From Ahrensia sp. (GTDB taxonomy: Bacteria; Pseudomonadota; Alphaproteobacteria; Rhizobiales; Rhizobiaceae), in the NCBI GenBank assembly GCA_002706335.1, contig PAKZ01000032.1, positions 97,466 to 161,465 on the forward strand: a stretch of DNA of 64,000 nucleotides, given 5' to 3'. Every line of letters begins with the position of its first letter. Within the stretch, counting starts at the first letter, position 1. This document shows positions 28,642 through 37,151 of this stretch, piece by piece. The position numbers and the translations under genes are program-made. The notes under the pieces were generated by a model. The model was not told where the DNA came from, searched no databases, and saw nothing but the letters and a program-made list of their open reading frames with translations.

Positions 28642-29691
28642 ATGAGGAAAATACTGAGCAAGATCGCCGGCGCCGCGGCGATCGCCCTTGTTTTGCAGGC
28701 GATGGCGTCGGCGGAACCGATGTGGGAGAAAAAGGAAGGGTCGCCGGACATGCCGTTCAACTTCGCGGCGAGCCCGGAAAAGGCCGCGATGCTGGAAGGC
28801 AGCTCCGAAGAAGAACGCTCTCGCGTCCTGAACGGCAAGATCGCCGCAGACGGTGCCTGGCCGTGGCAGGTCGCCCTTATGCGCGTCGACGTCGAACGCG
28901 ATCTTCTCTCGCAATTCTGCGGCGGCTCGATGATCCAGAACGACTGGGTACTGACGGCGGCCCACTGCGTGGTCGAGCAGCGCCAGGACGGCTACTACAT
29001 CATCGATCCGGCCAAGACCCGCATCATGGTCGGGACGAACCGCATTTCCAATGAGGGCGATTTCGTTGAAGTTCAGCAAATCATCGTCAACGAAAACTAC
29101 GATCCCAACGGTTTCGACAACGACATCGCGTTGATCAAGCTTGCACGCGTGCCCAACGCGAATTTCAAGACGATCACGATTCCCACGGGCGAATATGCCG
29201 ATATCCTCGAAAAGCCGAACACCGAAACGATCGTGACCGGCTGGGGTCGAACTGAAGCTGGCACGCCGTCGCGCGAACTCCGCGAGGGCCGTATCGAGAT
29301 TATCGATCGCAATATCTGCAACGCGGCCCTTCTCGCAGGCCCGATGAAGGCGGCGGCCGGCTACTTCCAGCAGGCGGCCGATGCGCTTGCCCTGTCCGGC
29401 AACGACGCCAACACGCTCTGGGATGAGATGCTGGACAGGGTTCCGGTGCCGCTCACCGAGAACATGATCTGTTCGGGCACGCCGGAAGGCCCGCGCGGCG
29501 CATGCGACGGCGACAGCGGCGGACCGCTTGTCATCGGCGTCGGCGAAGGCAAATACATACAGGCGGGTATCGTCAGCTGGGGCCTCGCCTCGACAGATGG
29601 TGTCGGTTGCAATCGCGACGCCAAATTCTCCGCCTATACCCGCACCGGCAACTATGCCGACTGGGTTCTCACGAAGCTCGGCTACAAGTAA
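28642..29691 (+). CDS. Exported chymotrypsin-fold (S1A) serine protease, apparent zymogen
   Basis: Signal peptide ...QAMASA/E. Triad LTAAHC (His108), DNDIALIKL (Asp161), GDSGGP (Ser292). SR/VLNGKIAADGAWPWQVAL resembles the R/IVGG activation junction. Gly occupies the position equivalent to trypsin Asp189. Confidence 0.9.
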   Translation: MRKILSKIAGAAAIALVLQAMASAEPMWEKKEGSPDMPFNFAASPEKAAMLEGSSEEERSRVLNGKIAADGAWPWQVALMRVDVERDLLSQFCGGSMIQNDWVLTAAHCVVEQRQDGYYIIDPAKTRIMVGTNRISNEGDFVEVQQIIVNENYDPNGFDNDIALIKLARVPNANFKTITIPTGEYADILEKPNTETIVTGWGRTEAGTPSRELREGRIEIIDRNICNAALLAGPMKAAAGYFQQAADALALSGNDANTLWDEMLDRVPVPLTENMICSGTPEGPRGACDGDSGGPLVIGVGEGKYIQAGIVSWGLASTDGVGCNRDAKFSAYTRTGNYADWVLTKLGYK

Positions 29692-29717
29692 GCTGGCTCT
29701 TCGCGAAACCGGTTTTG

Positions 29718-29746
29718 AAGGCGGCGGATTTTCCGCCGCTTTTTTT
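29718..29746 (+). terminator. Rho-independent terminator after the S1 protease gene
   Basis: aaggcggcgga-ttt-tccgccgc followed by TTTTTTT. Confidence 0.8.
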
Positions 29747-29749
29747 ACG

Positions 29750-31195
29750 TCAGTCCGGCGAAATACGGCGTTTGCCCTTGGACGAAATCCCCTCATAGGA
29801 GCGCAGGAAATTGCGGAAGACCGGGTGCTGGCGCAACGCCAGGCGACCTGCCTCAATCGACAGATCAACCTGCTCGCCCGGCAGTTTGAGCCGCGTGGGA
29901 ACCTGGTTCAGTTTCGCCTCCATCTGGCTATCGAGCTGGTCGAAGCGCAGTTCGGCGACATAGAGTTTCAGGTTGCGGCAATTCCATTTGCGCGGATCGC
30001 CGCCGAATTTCCTGACCTCCGCACTGCTCAGCGAGCAGCGATAGGCAATCAGATCCTGCTGCCAGCTTTCCATCGCGGCCTTGAACGCGTCGAAGCCCTC
30101 GCGCGTCGCCGACGCCATTGCCGTATCCGCGATCGCCGACACAAGTTCGAGACCGCCCGGACCGGCGACCTCGTTCGCCCAGTCGCCATCGAGTTCGCGG
30201 CCCGCATTCGAGACGATGAAAACCATGCGTTCCAGCGCCACCGCCTCTTCCTCGCTGAAAGGAGCGTGTCGGGTCTGCGCGCGACCCCGCGCGATCGAGA
30301 TACCGGTCAGGCCGAAATTGTCGGTCACTGCGCCATCGAGCAGCTTGACGTAGCGCATCTTCTCCGGATCCCGGTAATTGCGCAGCGCCCGCGCATAGGC
30401 GCGCAGCGAGGCCGAAGCCTCAGTATTGTAGGCCGCCGTGGTCAGCCATGCCGGCGGCTCGTAACTGCAGCGCGGCCCGTAGGCTTCGAGAACGATCGGC
30501 GAGAAGACGATGGGCACGGCCGCCGACGCCGCGACAGCCTCGGCGACCGGAAGCCTGTTCAGGTCGCTGCAAAGGGCGCGGAAAGTCTCCGGCTCGAAGG
30601 TGAACGGCGTCCGGTTGTAGATGTCCGACGCGTTGATCCAGGTGGTGATCTGTTTGTTACGATAGAGGTCTGCGAACGTCGCGCCCTTGAACAGGTTCTC
30701 GTCCAGCCAGCGCCCGAACCCTTCCCGGCTGTTGACGCCGCCGCTCGCCGCACGAAGCAGATTGACCGGATCGAGCTTCGAAGTGCGCATATATTCCTCG
30801 CCGTTCCTGACGAGGAAATGCTGTTTGAAGTCGGAAAAACCGCGCGCTCCCTTGAGACCGAAATAGGCTGCGGTCACCGATCCGCCGGATACTCCGGAAA
30901 GGAACCGTATTTCATCGAAAGCCGATATACCTTTCTTTCCGGGGATCGCGGTCTCCTGCATTTCGCTCAATATTCCGTAGGCGAAGGCCGCGGCGCGCGT
31001 GCCGCCGCCTGAAAAAGCCAGCGCCACAAAATCGCTGTCAGCGCTCATGCCGTCGTCTTGCGCCGTCAACCCCGGCGCTTGCTCGACCTGGATTTCCGAG
31101 AAAGAGTTCAGCGTATCATTGACCGAGACACAGCCTGCCAGCATGGCAGCTGCGGTCAAGCCGGCAATGCGGCGCAAAATCGTCGATCGCGACAT
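29750..31195 (-). CDS. Patatin-like phospholipase, lipoprotein
   Basis: Lipobox AAAMLAGC. Oxyanion FSGGGTRAAAF. Nucleophile elbow GVSGG (Ser codon 30887-30889). Asp motif DGAVTDNFG. Start taken at the ATG 31193-31195 (the track ORF starts 10 codons earlier). Confidence 0.85.
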   Translation of the reverse strand: MSRSTILRRIAGLTAAAMLAGCVSVNDTLNSFSEIQVEQAPGLTAQDDGMSADSDFVALAFSGGGTRAAAFAYGILSEMQETAIPGKKGISAFDEIRFLSGVSGGSVTAAYFGLKGARGFSDFKQHFLVRNGEEYMRTSKLDPVNLLRAASGGVNSREGFGRWLDENLFKGATFADLYRNKQITTWINASDIYNRTPFTFEPETFRALCSDLNRLPVAEAVAASAAVPIVFSPIVLEAYGPRCSYEPPAWLTTAAYNTEASASLRAYARALRNYRDPEKMRYVKLLDGAVTDNFGLTGISIARGRAQTRHAPFSEEEAVALERMVFIVSNAGRELDGDWANEVAGPGGLELVSAIADTAMASATREGFDAFKAAMESWQQDLIAYRCSLSSAEVRKFGGDPRKWNCRNLKLYVAELRFDQLDSQMEAKLNQVPTRLKLPGEQVDLSIEAGRLALRQHPVFRNFLRSYEGISSKGKRRISPD

Positions 31196-31339
31196 GCGGT
31201 TTCCAACTCCCCTGCGGCCCCGCAACTTTTCTAGGCCAAAGCATGTCGGCTGCCAACCGGTTGCGTTCTCTGCCCTTTTAGTGCCGAATTCTGGCTGATG
31301 ATTGATCGTCGGGGCAAGTGAAGGCTGGAGCCACAGATT

Positions 31340-32011
31340 ATGAAAATTTCCTTGCGCGCGGTTGGCGTTTCCGCGTTGATCCTTGCGAGCGCCGTCGCAA
31401 CAACGAGCTACGGCCAGTCGGCCGCGGAAGACCCGCAGGCGGCCGCACTGAAACTGATCCGGATGTCGCGTACATTACACGACCGGGCAATCGAGACCTC
31501 CGATCCAGTCCTCATGCTTTCAGCGGCAAGGTTGCGCAAGGATTCCGGCATGAAAGCTGGCGCGCTTGGCACGCTGGAAAATAGCGGCGAAGACGCTGGC
31601 GACATTTCGGGGGAGACATTCAGCTGGGAACGCTGGCTTGAAGAAGCCGTGCGGCTTTCGGGCGGCAGCGATGTGATCGCCGGGCTCGCCACCGATATCC
31701 GGACATCCGGATCCAAGGGCCTCGCAGGCCAGGCAGTCTATACCGAAGGCCGCCTCGCGGCGCATTCCAGCCATAGATACAGCGATCTGAATTTCGTCGG
31801 CGGCGAGTTCGCCGAAGTCTATTCCGAAGGTCTCGGCAAGGCGGATATCGATCTGTTCGTGCGCGACTCGCGCGGCGCGATCGTCTGCTCACAGACGGAT
31901 TCGAGCAATATCAACCAATGCGGCTGGACGCCGGGCGCGACCGGTCCCTTCGAGGTCACGCTGGAAAACAAGAGCGATTTCGCAGACACGTACGCGCTGA
32001 CCACAAACTGA
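31340..32011 (+). CDS. Small secreted protein: helical N-domain plus PPC-like (pre-peptidase C-terminal type) beta-sandwich
   Basis: Signal peptide. The N-domain is paralogous to ORF 35755-36147. The C-terminal pattern YSDLNFVGGEFAEVY...GKADIDLFVRDSRGAIVCSQ...GPFEVTLEN...YALT fits the DxDLYxxD-type PPC signature. Confidence 0.65.
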   Translation: MKISLRAVGVSALILASAVATTSYGQSAAEDPQAAALKLIRMSRTLHDRAIETSDPVLMLSAARLRKDSGMKAGALGTLENSGEDAGDISGETFSWERWLEEAVRLSGGSDVIAGLATDIRTSGSKGLAGQAVYTEGRLAAHSSHRYSDLNFVGGEFAEVYSEGLGKADIDLFVRDSRGAIVCSQTDSSNINQCGWTPGATGPFEVTLENKSDFADTYALTTN

Positions 32012-32027
32012 TCAGCACCTGACAGCG

Positions 32028-32495
32028 CTACTTGCAACCGGTCAGATACCAGATCTCGGTCGGGATCATGACCGGATTGTCAGTTCCGTTGGTGCCGTAC
32101 CACAGCCCGCTTCCAAGCATTGGCAGGAAGATCGCGTCGGGTGCGGGCGAGCCCGAGGCCGGCAAGTCCTCATAGGACGCCAGCCGCTCGCCCTGCTGCC
32201 GGAAGAAGAAGACGATCATCCCGCTTTCCGAGACCGCCTCGTCATCGGCGATCGCGTAATAATTCCCGTAGCCGTTCGAGGCCGTGAGATAGAAGCTGAA
32301 TCGGTTCGGATTGCCCTCCGCCCTGACCGTAATTTCCAGATCGGAATAGCCCGCAGGCTCGGCACGTTTTTCCAGCGTCAGCCGCGCCTCTCTACTTGTT
32401 GCCATCTCGTATGAGGCGTTCTCGGCAATGCATTGTGCCGCAAGCGCGCTGCCGGACATGAAGAAGAACCCAAGGACGGAGAGAATGTACTTCAT
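32028..32495 (-). CDS. Small secreted hypothetical protein downstream of TPR-CHAT 2
   Basis: Signal peptide MKYILSVLGFFFMSGSALA/AQC. 155 aa. 24 nt after the CHAT gene stop. Terminal Cys pair. Confidence 0.6.
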   Translation of the reverse strand: MKYILSVLGFFFMSGSALAAQCIAENASYEMATSREARLTLEKRAEPAGYSDLEITVRAEGNPNRFSFYLTASNGYGNYYAIADDEAVSESGMIVFFFRQQGERLASYEDLPASGSPAPDAIFLPMLGSGLWYGTNGTDNPVMIPTEIWYLTGCK

Positions 32496-32519
32496 AGCGT
32501 ATCTATACCTCTCATTGGT

Positions 32520-35500
32520 CTAGTTCGATCCGACAACGACAAACGGCGCCCAGACAGAGGGATGCGAACCGCCCGGCAAATCGGGATCCTCGAGCAAGGA
32601 TAGCATCGAGCGCCGCAGGCTTTCGGCATGGCCGATGATTGCGTCCTTCGCCCGCGCCGCTATCGCGCCTTGCGTCAGCAAGGCAGCGGCATCGTCTCGC
32701 ACCGGCCAGTGCGACACAAGCAGCGAACGCGCGCCGGCATAAAGGAAGGCGCTGGCGAGCCCCGACAGCCCCTCGCCGCCCGGCGTCCCGTCCGGCGCCG
32801 CGGTGTTGCAAGCTGACAGGATCACCCAGTCGGCAGCCAGATCGAGTTCCGCAGCTTCCGAGGCCGTGAGCAATCCGTCGTCGAGATCGCTTGGGGTTTG
32901 CGGGGCCGAAAAGGCAAGCGCCGGCTCGGCAAGGCCGTCGAGATCGCCGGCGACCAACCCATGCGTGGCGAAGGTGACGATGGCAGCTTTCGAGACAAGC
33001 TGCGAATTCTTCACCGCCTCCTCGGTCGCCTGCCCACCAAAGCGAATCGCATCGTCGGAAACGCCGAGCAGCTTCGCCAGTCCCTCGACCTCGCGACGCG
33101 TTCCCGGCAGCGGCGGCAATGACCGCACCGCGCGCGTATCCGCAACTCCGCGGTTGAAGTAGCCTGCGATCTGCACCGGCTGCTCCGTCTCCTCGCTACC
33201 AGAGAAATCCGGATCGCCGAACGCAGCGAAGACCGCCTCGGCCTGGCGCGGATTGGAAAAGCGGCGCAGCGTCTGCAGGCTCATCGCAGAGGGTAGCGCC
33301 GCGAAAGCATGATGACGAACGAGCCAGTCGGTGTCGCGAAGCGCCAGAGGATCGGAATCCGCCCCGTTGGGCGGCGAAGCGACCAGCACGGACAAAGGCA
33401 GGCCGGCGAGCGCCCCTTCCTTAACGACGAGCACCGTGCCGCGCCCGTCCAGCACGTCAGCGATCGGGGCGATCAGCTTCCCATAGAGATCATACGCCGT
33501 CGCCCTGTCGAATGTCGGGCCGCTGACGGCCTGCGGTTGCTTCAGGCGCTTGGCGGCGCGGGCAGCCCCAAGCGGATCGAGATCCTTGCGTAGCGCCCGG
33601 ATCTTCCCGTCGAGATCCTGTTCCGACAGCGGCGTCCGCGCCCATCTCGCGTCGTCGCGGTTCATCGCGAACACATAGGTCTCGTCCGATGTCGTCACCG
33701 GCATTAGCAGAGCCTCGTCCGGCTCGAGCAGGGCCTGGATATCGGCCACCGAAAGCACGTCGGGTTGTGTCAGCCGGGCGTAATCGGGAAAACGCGCCCC
33801 GATCTCGTCGTCGAGCGTCCTGATTTCCGCGGTGATCGTATCGATGCGGCCCTGCAGACTGACCGAAACCTCATTCGAGGCCCCGGAGGTGCCGACAGCG
33901 TTCAGGAACTGCCTGTCCGCCGCCCGCCAGTCATTGACCAGATCCTGTTTTCGCCGCGCCAAGTCGGCGATTTCGCCCTCACCGGCCGCAAATCGCGCCG
34001 CGACCCGACGGACCACTTGCGCCGCCGTCGATGACTGCGCCCATTGCGCAGAACGGAAGGCTTCGTCGATCCCTGTCACAGGGTCGGTCTCCCATAGCGC
34101 GGCGACCATCGCCATCACCTGCCGGCGCTTTTCACGCAGTCCCGCCGCGCCGATCGTCTCGTCCGCGCCAAGCCGCGCTGTATTGAGCTTGTATAGATCG
34201 AGCGCCTTGCGGGCGACATCACGCGCAGGCTCCGCCTCCCCGGCGCTTAGTTGCAACCAAGCAAGATTGAAAAGCGACGTAACAACATCAGAATGCCCTG
34301 TCGGCCGGTTCTTCTCGAAGATTACACTTGCCTCGCGCGAAACGCCTATCGCTTCTTGGGAACGTCCCAGGAGAAAATAGGCGGTAGCGAGGTTTGACTC
34401 CGCCCGGGCGAGCCGCAGGATATCGCCGGTCGCGCGCTGGATGGCCACCGCTTTCTCCAGCGAGGCCACTGCATATTCGGTCTGGCCCGCGCGCAACAAT
34501 GTCAGACCGATATTGGAGAAAGAAACCCCGATCTCCGCGTGCGGCGACTGGAAAATGGCAAGGCGAATATCGAGTGCCTTGCGCTGCGTATCGAAGGCCT
34601 CCTGAAACAGAAACTGCCCGCGATAGACCTCGCCAAGCCCATCGAAAATCGTGGCGGCGAGCGGCGTTTGTCCGAGCCCTGCTTCCGACAGGACCCGTGC
34701 GCCGTCTTCGAACAGGCCCTCGGCATCCGCCAAACGTCCTTGTTGAGACAGGAGCGCGCCGAGATTGTTGAGGAGCGTCGCATCGTCCTGCGCGGTCCAG
34801 TCCTTTGTTCGCGGCAGGCCCGCCGCCTGCGATAGCGCCTCCCGGTAAAAGGTCTCCGCATTGGCCGTTTCACCACCCAGCGACGCGATCCGGCCGGCGA
34901 CATTGAGCACCTGCGCTCGATCGTAGGCGGAGAGATCCGGCAACATCGGGGTCAACTGGCCGAGCAACTGTTTGGCCGAGCCGAGATCGCCGTTCTCAGC
35001 CTGCAGCGCCGCAAGCGTCGCCGCATTCCTGATCAGATCGGTGCGGTCTACATCAGAACCGTTCAGCGTTCGCTCGACCGCTTTGGCCGCCATCTCCTCG
35101 GCCTCCGCCAGTCGACCGCTATCCTTCAGGATGGAGGCCAGCAATTGCCAGGACTGCACAAGCGCATTGTCAAGCGCGCTATTGGCCTCGCGCATCGCCA
35201 GCGCATCGCGCGCCATGGGTTCCGCCTCGGCGATCCGGCCCTGTCGGGCCACCACGGCGGCCAGATTATGGAGCGCAGAAGCCACAGAGAGCGGCGACGG
35301 CGTCGCCGCCTGGCGCTGCATCTCCAGCACCTCGCGAAACAGGCGTTCGGCCTCCGCAAAATTGCCGGAATCGACAAAGGCGCGCCCTTGCATCGTCAGG
35401 TCGAAGGTCTTTCTTATCAGATCGTCTTCGGAAAGTGTTTGGGCACTCGCGGTCAGCCAAGGAGCACCGACCAGACAGAACAACAGCAGGGCCGCCCGCG

Positions 35501-35540
35501 CCCCCTTCGCGCATACGAAAACCAAAGGCACCTCCCCCAA
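32520..35540 (-). CDS. Exported TPR-repeat CHAT-domain protease (second copy)
   Basis: Leader ...LLLFCLVGAPWLTASA/Q. At least 8 TPR-like repeats. CHAT motifs IVTFATHG and WVILSACNTA, then LLVSHWPVRDDAA and HPSVWAPFVVVGSN. Non-ATG start (TTG/GTG between 35525 and 35540), so the exact start is uncertain. Confidence 0.8.
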   Translation of the reverse strand: MGEVPLVFVCAKGARAALLLFCLVGAPWLTASAQTLSEDDLIRKTFDLTMQGRAFVDSGNFAEAERLFREVLEMQRQAATPSPLSVASALHNLAAVVARQGRIAEAEPMARDALAMREANSALDNALVQSWQLLASILKDSGRLAEAEEMAAKAVERTLNGSDVDRTDLIRNAATLAALQAENGDLGSAKQLLGQLTPMLPDLSAYDRAQVLNVAGRIASLGGETANAETFYREALSQAAGLPRTKDWTAQDDATLLNNLGALLSQQGRLADAEGLFEDGARVLSEAGLGQTPLAATIFDGLGEVYRGQFLFQEAFDTQRKALDIRLAIFQSPHAEIGVSFSNIGLTLLRAGQTEYAVASLEKAVAIQRATGDILRLARAESNLATAYFLLGRSQEAIGVSREASVIFEKNRPTGHSDVVTSLFNLAWLQLSAGEAEPARDVARKALDLYKLNTARLGADETIGAAGLREKRRQVMAMVAALWETDPVTGIDEAFRSAQWAQSSTAAQVVRRVAARFAAGEGEIADLARRKQDLVNDWRAADRQFLNAVGTSGASNEVSVSLQGRIDTITAEIRTLDDEIGARFPDYARLTQPDVLSVADIQALLEPDEALLMPVTTSDETYVFAMNRDDARWARTPLSEQDLDGKIRALRKDLDPLGAARAAKRLKQPQAVSGPTFDRATAYDLYGKLIAPIADVLDGRGTVLVVKEGALAGLPLSVLVASPPNGADSDPLALRDTDWLVRHHAFAALPSAMSLQTLRRFSNPRQAEAVFAAFGDPDFSGSEETEQPVQIAGYFNRGVADTRAVRSLPPLPGTRREVEGLAKLLGVSDDAIRFGGQATEEAVKNSQLVSKAAIVTFATHGLVAGDLDGLAEPALAFSAPQTPSDLDDGLLTASEAAELDLAADWVILSACNTAAPDGTPGGEGLSGLASAFLYAGARSLLVSHWPVRDDAAALLTQGAIAARAKDAIIGHAESLRRSMLSLLEDPDLPGGSHPSVWAPFVVVGSN

Positions 35541-35754
35541 CCCTGACGTAGCAGAATGTTAGACGATTGCCGAGGATATTCCAGTACTTGCGCCGCTTTG
35601 TCGTCGCAATCTTGTGCCCGGCGCCGAAAAGGCCCGAAAATTGCCCAACATACTGGAATTGAAGCCACTTTTATGGCTGGATCGCAAAGTAACGTTTCCG
35701 GGGGCGGTGCCGTGCCGTCCCGTCTTCAGATCATGAACGAGGAGGAACCCGAAT

Positions 35755-36147
35755 ATGATCTCAGCAAGGAATATCGCATTGGCAGCCTGCATCGTCGGCA
35801 TGATGGCCCCACAGGCTTTTGCCGCCGACGAAATGTCGGAAGGCGCGAAACAGCAGATGGAGCTTTCCAATCAGCTGATCGCCCTCGGCCGCGAACGCAA
35901 GGATGCCATTCTCGTCCTCGCCGGTGCGCATCTGCGCAACAACATCCCCAATGATCCGATCGGCGAGGCCGGCGACATTCCGGACAAGGCCGATCTGATG
36001 GAAGAGGCCAAGATGCTCGCCGGAGACCGGGACGATCTGAAAGGCATCGCCGACGACATCGACGCTGCGAGTTCGCGCGGCTGCTACAACTGGAACGGCG
36101 GCACCGGATCCTTCTCCTGCCCGCCCGGCTCGCAATTCGCGAAGTGA
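35755..36147 (+). CDS. Small secreted protein, paralogue of the N-domain of ORF 31340-32011
   Basis: Signal peptide ...MMAPQAFA/A. GAGGAGGA ribosome-binding site. Shared blocks: LIALGRERKDAILVLAGAHLR vs LIRMSRTLHDRAIETSDPVLMLSAARLR, and EEAKMLAGDRDDLKGIADDIDAASSRG vs EEAVRLSGGSDVIAGLATDIRTSGSKG. Confidence 0.65.
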   Translation: MISARNIALAACIVGMMAPQAFAADEMSEGAKQQMELSNQLIALGRERKDAILVLAGAHLRNNIPNDPIGEAGDIPDKADLMEEAKMLAGDRDDLKGIADDIDAASSRGCYNWNGGTGSFSCPPGSQFAK

Positions 36148-36205
36148 ACTGAAACCCGGACCTGAGGCGTCAAGCCTGGCCGCCTCGCCTATCCGCAAAA
36201 TCCAC

Positions 36206-36240
36206 GCCGCATCGGCTCAGCCGGTGCGGCTTTCTTCTCT
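36206..36240 (+). terminator. Stem-loop plus T-rich tract between convergent genes
   Basis: gccgca-t-cggc-tca-gccg-g-tgcggc followed by TTTCTTCTCT. Confidence 0.55.
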
Positions 36241-36254
36241 GGTTCGGCGGTAGT

Positions 36255-36569
36255 CTAACGGCCTGAGAGAATGCCGAGAACATCCTCGTCCCCGGCCGGA
36301 CGAAACGCGCGCAACTGGCGGTGACCGTTGTCCATGTAGAGCATGCCGCAGGCATCGCATTGCCACACCGTGCGGGACATCTCGTTGAGAAGAACGCGCA
36401 TGCGCATCGCAGCGGCTTCGCGATGCCGGGGCGTCTCTCCTGTCTCTATGGCGGCATCGATCGCATCGGCCAGTTCGTCCCAGCGCCGGTCCGGAATCAG
36501 ATGCCCCTTGTGACCGAGTCCGTCGGTACCATCATGGATCATGTGGCCGCATTCGCACTGGATCTTCAT
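36255..36569 (-). CDS. Small Cys-rich (zinc-ribbon-like) hypothetical protein
   Basis: MKIQCECGH ... WQCDACG (CxC ... CxxC). ATG at 36567-36569 with a GAGGA ribosome-binding site. Confidence 0.5.
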   Translation of the reverse strand: MKIQCECGHMIHDGTDGLGHKGHLIPDRRWDELADAIDAAIETGETPRHREAAAMRMRVLLNEMSRTVWQCDACGMLYMDNGHRQLRAFRPAGDEDVLGILSGR

Positions 36570-36660
36570 ATGTCCTCGCAATCGCCCCGAACGATGCCCG
36601 AGGCCTCATCTTAAGCCGTTTTCCGCGTGGGAAAAGGCAACGGCTGGCCGGACCATCTTT

Positions 36661-37140
36661 TCAGGCGGAGAGGTTCCGCCGCCTCGCCCATAGCGTGACG
36701 AGCACGGCCCCCGCCATTCCGAGAGGAATCGTGATCCAGCCGAAAAAGATGTTTGTGAGGAGCGCGAAGTAGAGCGATACGCCGGCCCCGCGCCATATCG
36801 CGCCGAACAGCGAGACGTCGGCATCGAACCCGTCGCCCAGAAGCAGGATTAACGCCGCCGGCCACATCAGGATGGAGGCCGAGATCGCAGACAAGGCGCC
36901 GGCAAAAACGGAGCGGACCATGCCGAAACCGCCCTGCACCGGAACCAGCCAGCGCCAGAATAGCGGCATGGTCAGCGTGTCGCCGGCGATGGCGCCGGAC
37001 GCCAGCATCGTCATCTCGGAGTTCTCGAGGATATCCTCGTTGACGAACAGGACGGCCAGCGTGCTCGCGCCGAAACCGGCCAGCGGGGCAAGCCACGTCG
37101 CTTCGCGAACGATACGCTCATGGTGATCTGGACCCGGCAT
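36661..37140 (-). CDS. Hypothetical integral membrane protein
   Basis: 159 aa with about 4 TM helices. 11 nt after the upstream gene. Confidence 0.5.
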   Translation of the reverse strand: MPGPDHHERIVREATWLAPLAGFGASTLAVLFVNEDILENSEMTMLASGAIAGDTLTMPLFWRWLVPVQGGFGMVRSVFAGALSAISASILMWPAALILLLGDGFDADVSLFGAIWRGAGVSLYFALLTNIFFGWITIPLGMAGAVLVTLWARRRNLSA

Positions 37141-37151
37141 TTTGACAGCCC

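Noticed and set aside
28561-31012. 435-aa minus-strand ORF (28561-29868) and 494-aa plus-strand ORF (29528-31012) opposite the S1 protease and patatin genes
   Set aside because: Both are antisense to genes with complete catalytic motifs, and both cross the rho-independent terminator at 29718-29746.
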